From Candidatus Dormiibacterota bacterium (lineage in GTDB: Bacteria > Chloroflexota > Dormibacteria > Aeolococcales > Aeolococcaceae): a stretch of 64,000 nucleotides of DNA. Within the stretch, counting starts at the first letter, position 1. Each line of letters starts with the position of its first letter. The position numbers were made by a program, and so were the translations under genes. This document shows positions 46,278 to 54,455 of the stretch, piece after piece. Location of the stretch: NCBI GenBank assembly GCA_035938875.1, contig DASZGL010000041.1, forward strand, positions 3,341-67,340, written 5' to 3'. Under the pieces are notes generated by a model. It ran no database searches. It saw nothing but the letters and a program-made list of their open reading frames with translations, and was not told the DNA's origin.

Positions 46278-47540
46278 TCAGGCGTCGACAGCCGCCAGGG
46301 CCAGGCAGGAGTTGTGTCCGCCAAAGCCGAAGGAGGTGCTGATGGTCAGCTTCGGCGCTGCGGTACGCCCCACGTTGGGGATGTAGTCGAGGTCACACGC
46401 GGGGTCGGGGGTGTCGAGGTTGATGGTGGGCGGCAGGTACTTGTCGTACATGGCAAGAACACAGACCATCGCCTCGAAGGCCCCGGCGGCGCCGAGCAGA
46501 TGGCCGGTCATCGACTTGGTCGACGACACCGGGATGCGATAAGCGGCGTCGCCGAACACGGTCTTCAGCGCCTTGGTCTCAGCGACGTCGTTGAGCTCGG
46601 TTCCCGTGCCATGGGCGTTGACGTAGTCGACCTCGTCGGGGCGGCGCCCGGCCCGCTTCAGTGCGCGCTCGATGCATCGCCGGGCGCCGTCGCCGTCGGG
46701 ATCGGGCTGGGTGATGTGATTGGCGTCGGCGGTTGCGCCGTAGCCAACCAGCTCGGCGTAGATGCGAGCGTTGCGCGCGATGGCGTGATCCCAGTCCTCG
46801 AGCATCATCACGCAGGCGCCCTCACCGGTGACGAAGCCGTCCCGGTCCTTGTCGAAGGGACGCGACGAATGCTCCGGGTCGTCGTTGCGCCGCGAGAGCG
46901 CCTGGGCCACCGCGAAAGCGGCGATGCCCACCTTGGTGATCCCCGCCTCCGTGCCGCCGGCGAGCATGGCGACGGCGTCACCACGACGGATGGTCTCGGC
47001 CGCCTCGCCCACCGAGTGGGCGCCGCTGGAGCAGGCGCTGACCACGCAGAAGTTGGGTCCCTTGAGCCTGTGGTCGATGGCCACCATGCCGGCGGCCATG
47101 TCGGGGATGAGGTTGGGCACGGTGAAGGGTGACACCCGCCGCCAGCCTCGCTCATGGACGGTGATCGAAGCCGCCTCGACGACATCGAGGCCGCCGATCC
47201 CCGAGCCGATGATCACGCCGACGTCGTCGGCGATGGATGCGGTGTCCAGGCCGCTGTCGGCCACCGCCTCGCGCGCGGCGATCAGCGCGAACTGGATGAC
47301 CCGACTGGTGCGCCGCGCCTCCTTGTGACCCAGCGCCGCTTCGGGGTCGAATCCCTTGACCTCGGCGGCGATGTGCACCGGAAGCTCGCTGGAGTCGAAC
47401 CGGGTGATCATCCCGGTGCCGCTGCGTCCCTCGCGGCAGCTCTCCCAGCTCGAGCGGACATCGTTGCCGACTGGGGTGATCGCCCCCAGTCCGGTGATGG
47501 CGATGCGCCCGCGCGGGCGCGCTCCGTTGTTCTCAGTCAT
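46278..47540 (-). CDS. fabF: beta-ketoacyl-ACP synthase II
   Basis: Active-site Cys in VVSACSSGAHS, His in ANHITQP and NAHGTGT, and C-terminal FGFGGHN. ATG 47540 overlaps the fabI stop by 8 nt. Confidence 0.9.
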   Translation of the reverse strand: MTENNGARPRGRIAITGLGAITPVGNDVRSSWESCREGRSGTGMITRFDSSELPVHIAAEVKGFDPEAALGHKEARRTSRVIQFALIAAREAVADSGLDTASIADDVGVIIGSGIGGLDVVEAASITVHERGWRRVSPFTVPNLIPDMAAGMVAIDHRLKGPNFCVVSACSSGAHSVGEAAETIRRGDAVAMLAGGTEAGITKVGIAAFAVAQALSRRNDDPEHSSRPFDKDRDGFVTGEGACVMMLEDWDHAIARNARIYAELVGYGATADANHITQPDPDGDGARRCIERALKRAGRRPDEVDYVNAHGTGTELNDVAETKALKTVFGDAAYRIPVSSTKSMTGHLLGAAGAFEAMVCVLAMYDKYLPPTINLDTPDPACDLDYIPNVGRTAAPKLTISTSFGFGGHNSCLALAAVDA

Positions 47541-48387
47541 CTGGTTCCTCGGGTGCCGCGCCCGCGGCCGCCGGCGCACCCTGTGCATGGTAGCCACCGT
47601 CGACGTGGAGGACCTCGCCGCTGATCGCCCGCGACATGGGGCTGAGCATGAAGACCACGGCGTCGGCCACCGGGGAGGCGTCGGCGCTGTCCCAGCCGAG
47701 CGGCGCCTGCCCCTTCCAGTAGTTCTTCAACCCGGCAAAACCGGGGATCGACTTCGCTGCCATGGTCTCCAGCGGACCCGCGGAGACGGCGTTGACCCGC
47801 ACCCCGCTGCCACCCAGGTCGCGCGCCAGGTAGCGGACGATGGCCTCGAGCGCCGCCTTGGCGGGACCCATCCAGTCGTACAGCGGCCACGCCACCGAGG
47901 CGTCGAAGGTGAGCGTGACCAGCGACCCACCGGTTTTGGGCATCAATGGCGCGAACTCCGCGGCCAGCGTCTTCATCGAGTAGGCGCTGACGTGTATCGC
48001 AGTTGCCACCGACTCCCACGGCGCGGTCATGAAGCCGCCGCCCAGGCAGTCCTCGGGGGCGAAGCCCACGGCGTGGACGACGCCGTCGAGGCCACCCCAC
48101 CGGCGCTTCACATCGGCAGCAACGGCACGGACCTGGTCGCTGGCCGTGACGTCCATCTCCAGCACGTCGGGCGATGGCGTCAGCCGCTTGGCGCTGCGCT
48201 GGGTGAGGCTCATGGCCCGGCCGAACGACGTGAGCACCACCTCGGCCCCAGCCTGCTGCGCCGCCTCGGCGATGGCGAAGGCGATCGATCGCGGGGTGAG
48301 GACGCCGGTGACCAGGACGCGCTGCCCGCTGAGCAGCCCGGCTGCCGGCGGCCGGGGGCTTGTGTCTGTCGTCACTCCATCAACCAT
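47533..48387 (-). CDS. fabI: enoyl-ACP reductase (FabI/InhA type)
   Basis: LVTGVLTPRSIAFAIA (SDR glycine-motif variant of FabI/InhA), the Y-x6-K region (MGPAKAALEA), SAGPL.T. Confidence 0.85.
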   Translation of the reverse strand: MVDGVTTDTSPRPPAAGLLSGQRVLVTGVLTPRSIAFAIAEAAQQAGAEVVLTSFGRAMSLTQRSAKRLTPSPDVLEMDVTASDQVRAVAADVKRRWGGLDGVVHAVGFAPEDCLGGGFMTAPWESVATAIHVSAYSMKTLAAEFAPLMPKTGGSLVTLTFDASVAWPLYDWMGPAKAALEAIVRYLARDLGGSGVRVNAVSAGPLETMAAKSIPGFAGLKNYWKGQAPLGWDSADASPVADAVVFMLSPMSRAISGEVLHVDGGYHAQGAPAAAGAAPEEPDD

Positions 48388-48408
48388 AGGGCGCTCCCGT
48401 AGCGGGCG

Positions 48409-48645
48409 TTACGCGCCACCGCCATCGCCACGGCGGCGTGCCCGGTGGGCGCGAAGCGCCCGGATCCCGAGCGCCCCTGCCACCGCCCCGAGCACCACGG
48501 TGATGCCGCCGATGGTGGCGTGGACGATGAAGAAGCTGTCGAGGTGGTGGTCCGGGTACACGTTTTTGACAAAGGTGGCCCAGACGTAGAGGTTCCATAT
48601 GGCGAAGCCGACGAGGAACCACGCGGCGCGCCGCGAGAGGGTCAC
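48409..48645 (-). CDS. small two-TM membrane protein (SCO4848-like, recalled from memory)
   Basis: 78 aa, LSRRAAWFLVGFAIWNLYVWATFVKN... GTG overlaps the IMPase stop (GTGA). Confidence 0.6.
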   Translation of the reverse strand: MTLSRRAAWFLVGFAIWNLYVWATFVKNVYPDHHLDSFFIVHATIGGITVVLGAVAGALGIRALRAHRARRRGDGGGA

Positions 48646-49463
48646 CCGGCGACCCCCGGGGCAGCGGAGGCGTCGCTGGCACGGACCAGGTCGAGCATGC
48701 GCTCGTGCCAGGCGGGCGAGCCGGCGAGGATGTCGCCGCTGCCGTACACGGCCTGCGTGTCGCCGCTCCAGTCACTGACGACGCCGCCGGCCTCGAGCAC
48801 GAGCAGGGCGCCGGCGGCGATGTCCCAGAGGGAAAGGCCGAGCTCGAAAAATCCGTCGAAGGCCCCCGCGGCCGAGTAGCTCAGGTCGAGACTGGCGGCG
48901 CCGGCCCGGCGCAGGTCCTCGACGTCGTCCATGACCGCCTCGAACACCGCCAGGTAGCGGGCGCGATTCTCCGGGCGGCGGAAGGGGAATCCCGTCGCCA
49001 CCACGCCACGACCCTCGCCGGTCGCAGTCGCCAGCCGGCGTCCCCGCCTGTCGTGAGCGCCGAGGCCGCGAGCGCCGCTCCACAGCTCGCCAGTGAATGG
49101 CGAGGCGACCGCGCCAAGCAGCGGCATGCCGTCCTCGAGCAACCCGACGCTGACGCCGACGACGGGAAAGCCGCGGAGCAGGTTGGTGGTGCCGTCCACG
49201 GGATCGACCGCCCACATCAGCCCGCCGAGCAGGCCGCCGCCGGACGCCGACTCCTCGGCGCGTACGGCGATCTGGGGCGCTCCCTCGCGGAGCACGGCGA
49301 GCGCCGTCTCCTCGGCGGCGCGGTCGGCGGCGGTGACGTAGTCGTGGTAGCCCTTGCGCTCGGTCTGCAGCGCGATGCCCTCGTCCCGCCAGCGCACGAC
49401 GACGTCAGCCGCGGCGCTGGCGGCTCGAACGGCGAGCTCGCGCAGCTGGGGCAGGTCGGTCAA
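48642..49463 (-). CDS. inositol monophosphatase family protein
   Basis: Motifs WAVDPVDGTTNL and the later ASLDL...AAG region. Start uncertain: TTG 49463 is preferred, because ATG 49580 would overlap the divergent DUF72 start. Confidence 0.8.
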   Translation of the reverse strand: MTDLPQLRELAVRAASAAADVVVRWRDEGIALQTERKGYHDYVTAADRAAEETALAVLREGAPQIAVRAEESASGGGLLGGLMWAVDPVDGTTNLLRGFPVVGVSVGLLEDGMPLLGAVASPFTGELWSGARGLGAHDRRGRRLATATGEGRGVVATGFPFRRPENRARYLAVFEAVMDDVEDLRRAGAASLDLSYSAAGAFDGFFELGLSLWDIAAGALLVLEAGGVVSDWSGDTQAVYGSGDILAGSPAWHERMLDLVRASDASAAPGVAG

Positions 49464-49572
49464 CTCAGCACGCGCGCGACGTCGAGAGTGGCTGCCATGG
49501 CGCCAGACGGTACTCGATCGGCGTTTTGCGACGACCCGCCCGTGGCGAGGCCTGGTCTGTGGAGTCGACCAT

Positions 49573-50568
49573 ATGGCCATGGCGGCTCCGATCCTGGTGG
49601 GCACGTGCAACTGGATGGACCACAAGAGCTTCTATCCCGCGCACCTGGAGCGGGGCCGGCAGAAGGAGAAGCTCACCTACTACGCGCGCTACTTCCCCAT
49701 GGTCGAGGTGGACAGCACCTTCTACGGGATTCCCAGCCCCGCAGTCGTCGCCGGCTGGCTGCAGCGCACCCCGGCCGACTTCCGGTTCAACGTCAAGGCG
49801 TACCGTTCGCTCACCCGCCACGAGCGATCCGCCGGCGAAACCCGCCCTCCGACCGAGGAGGAGGAGCGTGACTTCATGGCGGCGCTGCTGCCCCTGCGCG
49901 ACGCCGGCCGGCTGGTGGCGGTGCACTATCAGTTTCCGCCATGGTTCACCAATACACCGCAGTCGCGGGACGTCCTGCTCGAGGCCCGCGATCGCCACCC
50001 TGAGGACATCCTGGCGGTCGAGTTCCGCCATCGTTCCTGGTACGACAACGGCGCCTGGCCGAGGACGGAGGAGCTGCTCACCGAGATGGATGCCGTCTAC
50101 GTCGGCGTCGACGCGCCCCAGCTCGGCAGCGGCACCGCACCGCCGCTCATGGCGGTCACCTCGCCGCGGCTGGCCATCGCCCGCCTCCATGGGCGCAACT
50201 ACAAGACCTGGTACATCCGTGGTGCAAAGAGCAGCGGCGAGCGCTTCGACTACCTGTACTCGCCCGACGAGCTCCGCGACTGGGTGCCGGCGATCCATGC
50301 GGCGGCGGCGGCGGGTGTTCCGGTCCATGTGGTCATGAACAACAACCGCAGCAACTACGCGGTGGTCAACGCCTTCGACATGGCGGCGCTCCTGTCCCTG
50401 CCCCTGCCCCGCCCCCCAGGACCCATCCTGGAGACGCTGGAGCGGCGCGACGGTCAGATTCCCGCCTGGGTGACCCAGGCCGAGCCCCTGCCCGAGGACG
50501 CCGGCCGAGAGCAGCTCGCCCTCGGTCTGGACTCGCCGGGGCGGCCGCCCCGGCCCGCCTCTCCCTGA
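49573..50568 (+). CDS. DUF72 (YecE-like) family protein
   Basis: ILVGTCNWMDHKSFYP ... YYARYFPMVEVDSTFYG ... FRFNVKAY are typical DUF72 motifs. I take ATG 49573. Confidence 0.8.
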   Translation: MAMAAPILVGTCNWMDHKSFYPAHLERGRQKEKLTYYARYFPMVEVDSTFYGIPSPAVVAGWLQRTPADFRFNVKAYRSLTRHERSAGETRPPTEEEERDFMAALLPLRDAGRLVAVHYQFPPWFTNTPQSRDVLLEARDRHPEDILAVEFRHRSWYDNGAWPRTEELLTEMDAVYVGVDAPQLGSGTAPPLMAVTSPRLAIARLHGRNYKTWYIRGAKSSGERFDYLYSPDELRDWVPAIHAAAAAGVPVHVVMNNNRSNYAVVNAFDMAALLSLPLPRPPGPILETLERRDGQIPAWVTQAEPLPEDAGREQLALGLDSPGRPPRPASP

Positions 50569-50754
50569 GGCGGCGTCAGCGTACTCCCCTCTTCATTCTG
50601 AGGCCGATTTGCGCCAAGATATGGGGTGCTGGCTGGCACGACCCGCGGCGCCTCGCTGCGCCGGGTTGCCCGCAACTCGGCAGCACGACACCCACACCGG
50701 ACCCGGGTCCCACCCGCCGCCGGATTCGATCCGCTCCGCGAGGAGGAAGCGAAA

Positions 50755-51009
50755 ATGGCCATGGCCGCACCCCGACGCAACGATCGCGGTCGGCGCCCCG
50801 CGCCGAGCGGTGTCGTCATGCGCAACGAGGCCGAGACCCACGAGGTCGAGGTCTCTCGCGCCCTCAGCCAGTGGGCGGTGACCGTCACCAGCCTCGCCGA
50901 TGGGCGCATGATCTGCCAGGACTTCTTCAACCGGCGCTGGGAGGCGATGGCCCGCGCCGAGGATTTCGTCCGCCTGCTCAACCGCAAGGAGCCGCCCCCC
51001 GGCTGGTGA
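50755..51009 (+). CDS. hypothetical 84-aa protein
   Basis: ATG preceded by GAGGAGGAAGCGAAA (strong SD). High third-position GC by eye. No recognisable family. Confidence 0.5.
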   Translation: MAMAAPRRNDRGRRPAPSGVVMRNEAETHEVEVSRALSQWAVTVTSLADGRMICQDFFNRRWEAMARAEDFVRLLNRKEPPPGW

Positions 51010-51028
51010 CCCGCGGTCGGGTGCGCGC

Positions 51029-51394
51029 TCAGGTCGAAGCGGCTGTCTGTTCGGCGTCTGCGGTCGGCCGCGGGAATGTCACCACCACGCTGAGGTCCTC
51101 GCCACGGCGGCGCACGGTCAGGCTCATGGTGTCCCCGGGTCGCCGCGCCGCCACCGCGGTGCGGAACTGCGCGGCGCCGCCGCTCAGGGTGTAGGGGCCG
51201 ATCCCGGTGATGATGTCGCCGGCGGCGATGCCCGCTGTCGCCGCCGGTGATCCGTCTGCCACCCTGCCCACCTCAACGCCGTAGACCGCGGGCAGCCCGT
51301 GCTCGCGGGCGACCTCGGGGCTCACCGAGCGGACCGCGGCGCCCAGCGACACCGGTGGCTGCTCGGCGCTCTCGTTGATCGGCGGCGTGTCCAC
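51029..51394 (-). CDS. stand-alone PDZ-domain protein (no signal peptide)
   Basis: LGAAVRSVSPEVAREHGLP..YGVEVGRVADGSPAATAGIAAGDIITGIG looks PDZ-like. GTG lies 12 nt after the helicase stop. Confidence 0.65.
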   Translation of the reverse strand: MDTPPINESAEQPPVSLGAAVRSVSPEVAREHGLPAVYGVEVGRVADGSPAATAGIAAGDIITGIGPYTLSGGAAQFRTAVAARRPGDTMSLTVRRRGEDLSVVVTFPRPTADAEQTAAST

Positions 51395-51406
51395 GGCGGC
51401 TCGGGG

Positions 51407-54097
51407 TTACGCGGCCGGGGCGGTGCCGCCCTCGTTGGTGGGCGCCAACTCCGGGCTGCTCGCCGGCATCGGGGCTGCCTGGGACTGCCCCTGGCCGCCG
51501 TGGCGTCCGCGACGGCGCCGGCGGCGGCGCGGCCGGTAGGCACCATCGGGACCGACGGATCCGGGTTGCCCATCGCCCCCGCCGGCGCCCTCGGCGGCAG
51601 CGCCGTCGACGCCGCCCTCGGTCCGGACCTCGCCCGGGGCGTGGCCGCCTCCGCGACGGCGACGGCGACGGCGTCGACGGCGACGCGCCTGCTCGCCGGT
51701 GCCGGGCAGCTGTTCGCCTTCCGCGGTCCCCTCACCGGCCTGGGGCACGGGCAACCCGTCGGGCCCGATGATCGGGACAGTGGTGACCGCAACCCCGGAT
51801 CGCTTGCGCCGCCGCCGGCGACGCTTGCGCGCGTGGTCGAGCTGCTCCTCGCCGGCCTCGCCTTCGCCGTCGATGATCGCGCCTGTCGCGGGGTCGCGCC
51901 GCCGGCCGCCGCCTTTGCGCTTCAACGGTGTCACCAGCTCGGCGGCGCTCACCCATCCGCCGCCGGCACGCGCCGCCTCGACGAGCTCGCCGTACATCGA
52001 CTCCTCTCCGCTGCGCAGCGTCGCGCTGTCACCGATGCACGCCACCAATCGCTTGGCGCGGGATATGGCGACGTTGAGCCGGTTGGGTACGCGGAGGAAG
52101 CCGATGCGGCCGCGTTCGTTGCTGCGCACCAGGGAGATGACCACGAGGTCCTCCTCGCGGCCCTCGAAGGAGTCGACGGTGTCGATCTTGACGCTGCGCT
52201 TGAACTTGCGCCGCCCCAGGGCCTGGCGGAGCCGCTCCACCTGCTCGGCGTACATGGCGATCACCGCCATGGAAAGGTCGCGCGGGCAGCGTTCGTCGAG
52301 CAGCCGGACCACCTGCGCGGCGACGCGCACCTCAGCCTCGTTGCGCAGCGCGCCTCCAGGGCCGCGACGCTCGCGTCCGCCGCGCATGCCCTCGGTGTCG
52401 ACGAAGTGGAGAGCGACCGGGAATGGCTTGCGGGTGACGAAGGCGTACGCCTGCACCTCGGGCGCATCCTCGAGCTGGCCGTCGTACGACGCCTGGGACA
52501 CGTAGTCGGCGATCTGCGGGTGCATGCGGTGCTGGATGGTCAGCAGGCACTGCGCCTCGGAGGGAAGGCCGCCGTCCCAGCACTGCTCGAAGAGGCTGCG
52601 GTTGACCAGGTCCTCGAGTTGCGGATCCGTCTCGACGATGCCGTACAGGGCGTCGTCCTCGACGGGCGGCAGCTGCTTGTGGTCGCCAACCAGCGCCAGG
52701 GCGCTGCCGAGTCGCAAGGCGGGCAGTGCCTCGTCGGCGCGTGCCTTGTTGGCCTCGTCGAGGACGACGATGTCGAAGTTCATGTCGGTGATGGCCGACG
52801 TGGCCGCGGTGGCGCAGGTGGCGAAGTAGCAGTTGGCGGTGAGCAGGCGGGGGTCATCCTCGTCGTCACAGCGGAACTGGTCGACGGTGGGATGCACACG
52901 CTCGGCGCGGGCGACGCGCACCGCACGCATGCCCGGGGTGCCGGCGAGCCGTTCCAGTGCGTTGTCAACCGCCAGGTTGCTGTGTGACGTCACCAGGATG
53001 CGCTCGTCGGGATTGCGAGCCAGGCGGCGCTTGATGGCCTCGACGATGACCGTGGTCTTGCCTGTGCCCGGAGGCCCTTGGATGAAGACCGACTGGCCTG
53101 CGGCCAGGACGCTGAGCAGGGCAACGGCGCGGTCCTGGGGAGGGTTGGCGATCATCCCCGCGGTCAGCCAGTCGCCTTCTGTGTCGGCGACCGTGGGAGC
53201 CGAGATTGTGTCAGGGCTGACCAGAAGCTGGGCGAGCAGCCCGACGCCGAAGTCGCGGGTGGCGATGGCGGCGAGAACTGAACGCTTTGCCTGGTAGAGG
53301 GCGCGGTTGAACGACGGAGTGATGGTCCCTTCGGTACCGGCATGTTCGAAGGTGCGGCAGACGACCTCGATGACCCGCCGCTGGTGGTCGATGCGGCTGA
53401 CGCGGCCGACGAAGTTGGGCTCGTCCTCGGGCTCGACCAGGACGGCGGCGTCGGGCTGAAGACTGATCGGCTCGCCCTCGGGGACGAGCAGCTCGACCTT
53501 GCCTACCTCGGGCTGCTTCCAGTCGGCCTCGGTGAAGGCCCTGCCGCACGACGGGCAGCGATCGTGCTCGGCGGGACGCCAGAGCGCACGGCACGTCTTG
53601 CACCGCCAGGACTCGCGCGCGCCGACGAAGCGTGTCCGCTGGGTCTGTGCGCGAGTCTTCTCGGCGGTCTCCAGCCTTTCGACGAGCTTGAGCGTGGCGT
53701 AGAGCTGCGCGGAGGCGGCGGCGCGCTCGCTCGCGGCGAGCCAGTCGAAGAGCCGGTAGGTGTCGCTGGCGGTGCCGTTGGCCGCGCTGACCACCGGGTG
53801 GTGGGCGGTGATGGTCAGCACCTTGGCGCCGTCAGGATGCCCGCTGATGGGCTTGAGCGCGTCGACGCGGAGCGCGAAGTGCTCGCGCCGGCCATCGGGC
53901 GACGGTTGGGCGCTGCACAGCAGGGTGAGATCGGGGAGGGCGAGGAGGACGCGCGGGGGCTCGCCCTCGGCAAAGGACACGGTGAGGTGGTCCAGCTCGC
54001 CCAGGCGCTCGGCGAAGACTTGGCGCGGATCGGCGCCGGCGCTGGCACCGTTGGCCAGCGTGGCCAGCACCACCATCGCGTCGCTGCCGTCGGGCAC
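51407..54097 (-). CDS. Upf1/DNA2-like superfamily 1 helicase with N-terminal zinc-ribbon region and Arg-rich C-terminal tail
   Basis: Motif I GPPGTGKTT, II VVLDEANK, III GDHKQLPP, V VDSFEGRE, VI NVAISRAKR. N-terminal region of about 330 aa contains CKTC-x13-CPSCG. The last ~170 aa hold three runs of 6-10 Arg. Start is GTG 54097 or ATG 54076. Confidence 0.85.
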   Translation of the reverse strand: MPDGSDAMVVLATLANGASAGADPRQVFAERLGELDHLTVSFAEGEPPRVLLALPDLTLLCSAQPSPDGRREHFALRVDALKPISGHPDGAKVLTITAHHPVVSAANGTASDTYRLFDWLAASERAAASAQLYATLKLVERLETAEKTRAQTQRTRFVGARESWRCKTCRALWRPAEHDRCPSCGRAFTEADWKQPEVGKVELLVPEGEPISLQPDAAVLVEPEDEPNFVGRVSRIDHQRRVIEVVCRTFEHAGTEGTITPSFNRALYQAKRSVLAAIATRDFGVGLLAQLLVSPDTISAPTVADTEGDWLTAGMIANPPQDRAVALLSVLAAGQSVFIQGPPGTGKTTVIVEAIKRRLARNPDERILVTSHSNLAVDNALERLAGTPGMRAVRVARAERVHPTVDQFRCDDEDDPRLLTANCYFATCATAATSAITDMNFDIVVLDEANKARADEALPALRLGSALALVGDHKQLPPVEDDALYGIVETDPQLEDLVNRSLFEQCWDGGLPSEAQCLLTIQHRMHPQIADYVSQASYDGQLEDAPEVQAYAFVTRKPFPVALHFVDTEGMRGGRERRGPGGALRNEAEVRVAAQVVRLLDERCPRDLSMAVIAMYAEQVERLRQALGRRKFKRSVKIDTVDSFEGREEDLVVISLVRSNERGRIGFLRVPNRLNVAISRAKRLVACIGDSATLRSGEESMYGELVEAARAGGGWVSAAELVTPLKRKGGGRRRDPATGAIIDGEGEAGEEQLDHARKRRRRRRKRSGVAVTTVPIIGPDGLPVPQAGEGTAEGEQLPGTGEQARRRRRRRRRRRGGGHAPGEVRTEGGVDGAAAEGAGGGDGQPGSVGPDGAYRPRRRRRRRGRHGGQGQSQAAPMPASSPELAPTNEGGTAPAA

Positions 54098-54390
54098 GAC
54101 AAGGTGAAGCCGATCGATGGCGAGGTCGGGTGCGATCAGGGGACGGTCAACCTCGGGTTGCCAAGGGTGCGAAGACGCCAGGCAACGATGAATCGCGGAG
54201 TTCTCGGGCGCAGGCCGCCGACCATAAAGGGCGTTGCGGCGGCGGGGGCGGTCACTGAGTGTCCGCCGGGAGTTCGTCCCGTATCCTTCCGCGCTCCGGA
54301 CTATATCCCAAAAGGAAGTCTGCTTACCAGCTTTCCCCGCAACGGCCAGGTGAAAACCTCGGTAGCCACGGGGCAGCGCCGCAGCGGGGG

Positions 54391-54430
54391 CAAACAGAAG
54401 AGCCGCCCCGGGTCCCCCCGAGGCGGCTCT
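54391..54430 (-). terminator. candidate terminator after the repeat-protein gene
   Basis: On the minus strand: stem AGAGCCGCC / GGCGGCTCT of 9 bp, 14-nt loop, followed by TCTGTTTG. Confidence 0.4.
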
Positions 54431-54455
54431 GCGTCAAAACCAGTTGGTCGGGCCC

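Noticed and set aside
51407-51920. Suspicion that the Arg-rich 170-aa helicase tail is a frameshift artefact or a separate gene.
   Set aside because: The frame is continuous from the helicase motif VI region to the TAA at 51407, with no alternative start or SD in between. The spacer segments between Arg runs have ordinary codon bias. I treat it as a genuine low-complexity tail.
54270-54340. SRP-RNA-like or RNase-P-like strings: GTCCGGAGCGCGGAAGGA on the minus strand and AAAGGAAGTC on the plus strand.
   Set aside because: These are only short partial matches to the conserved cores. No long helical hairpin (SRP) and no P4-type pairing context (RNase P) can be built by hand.
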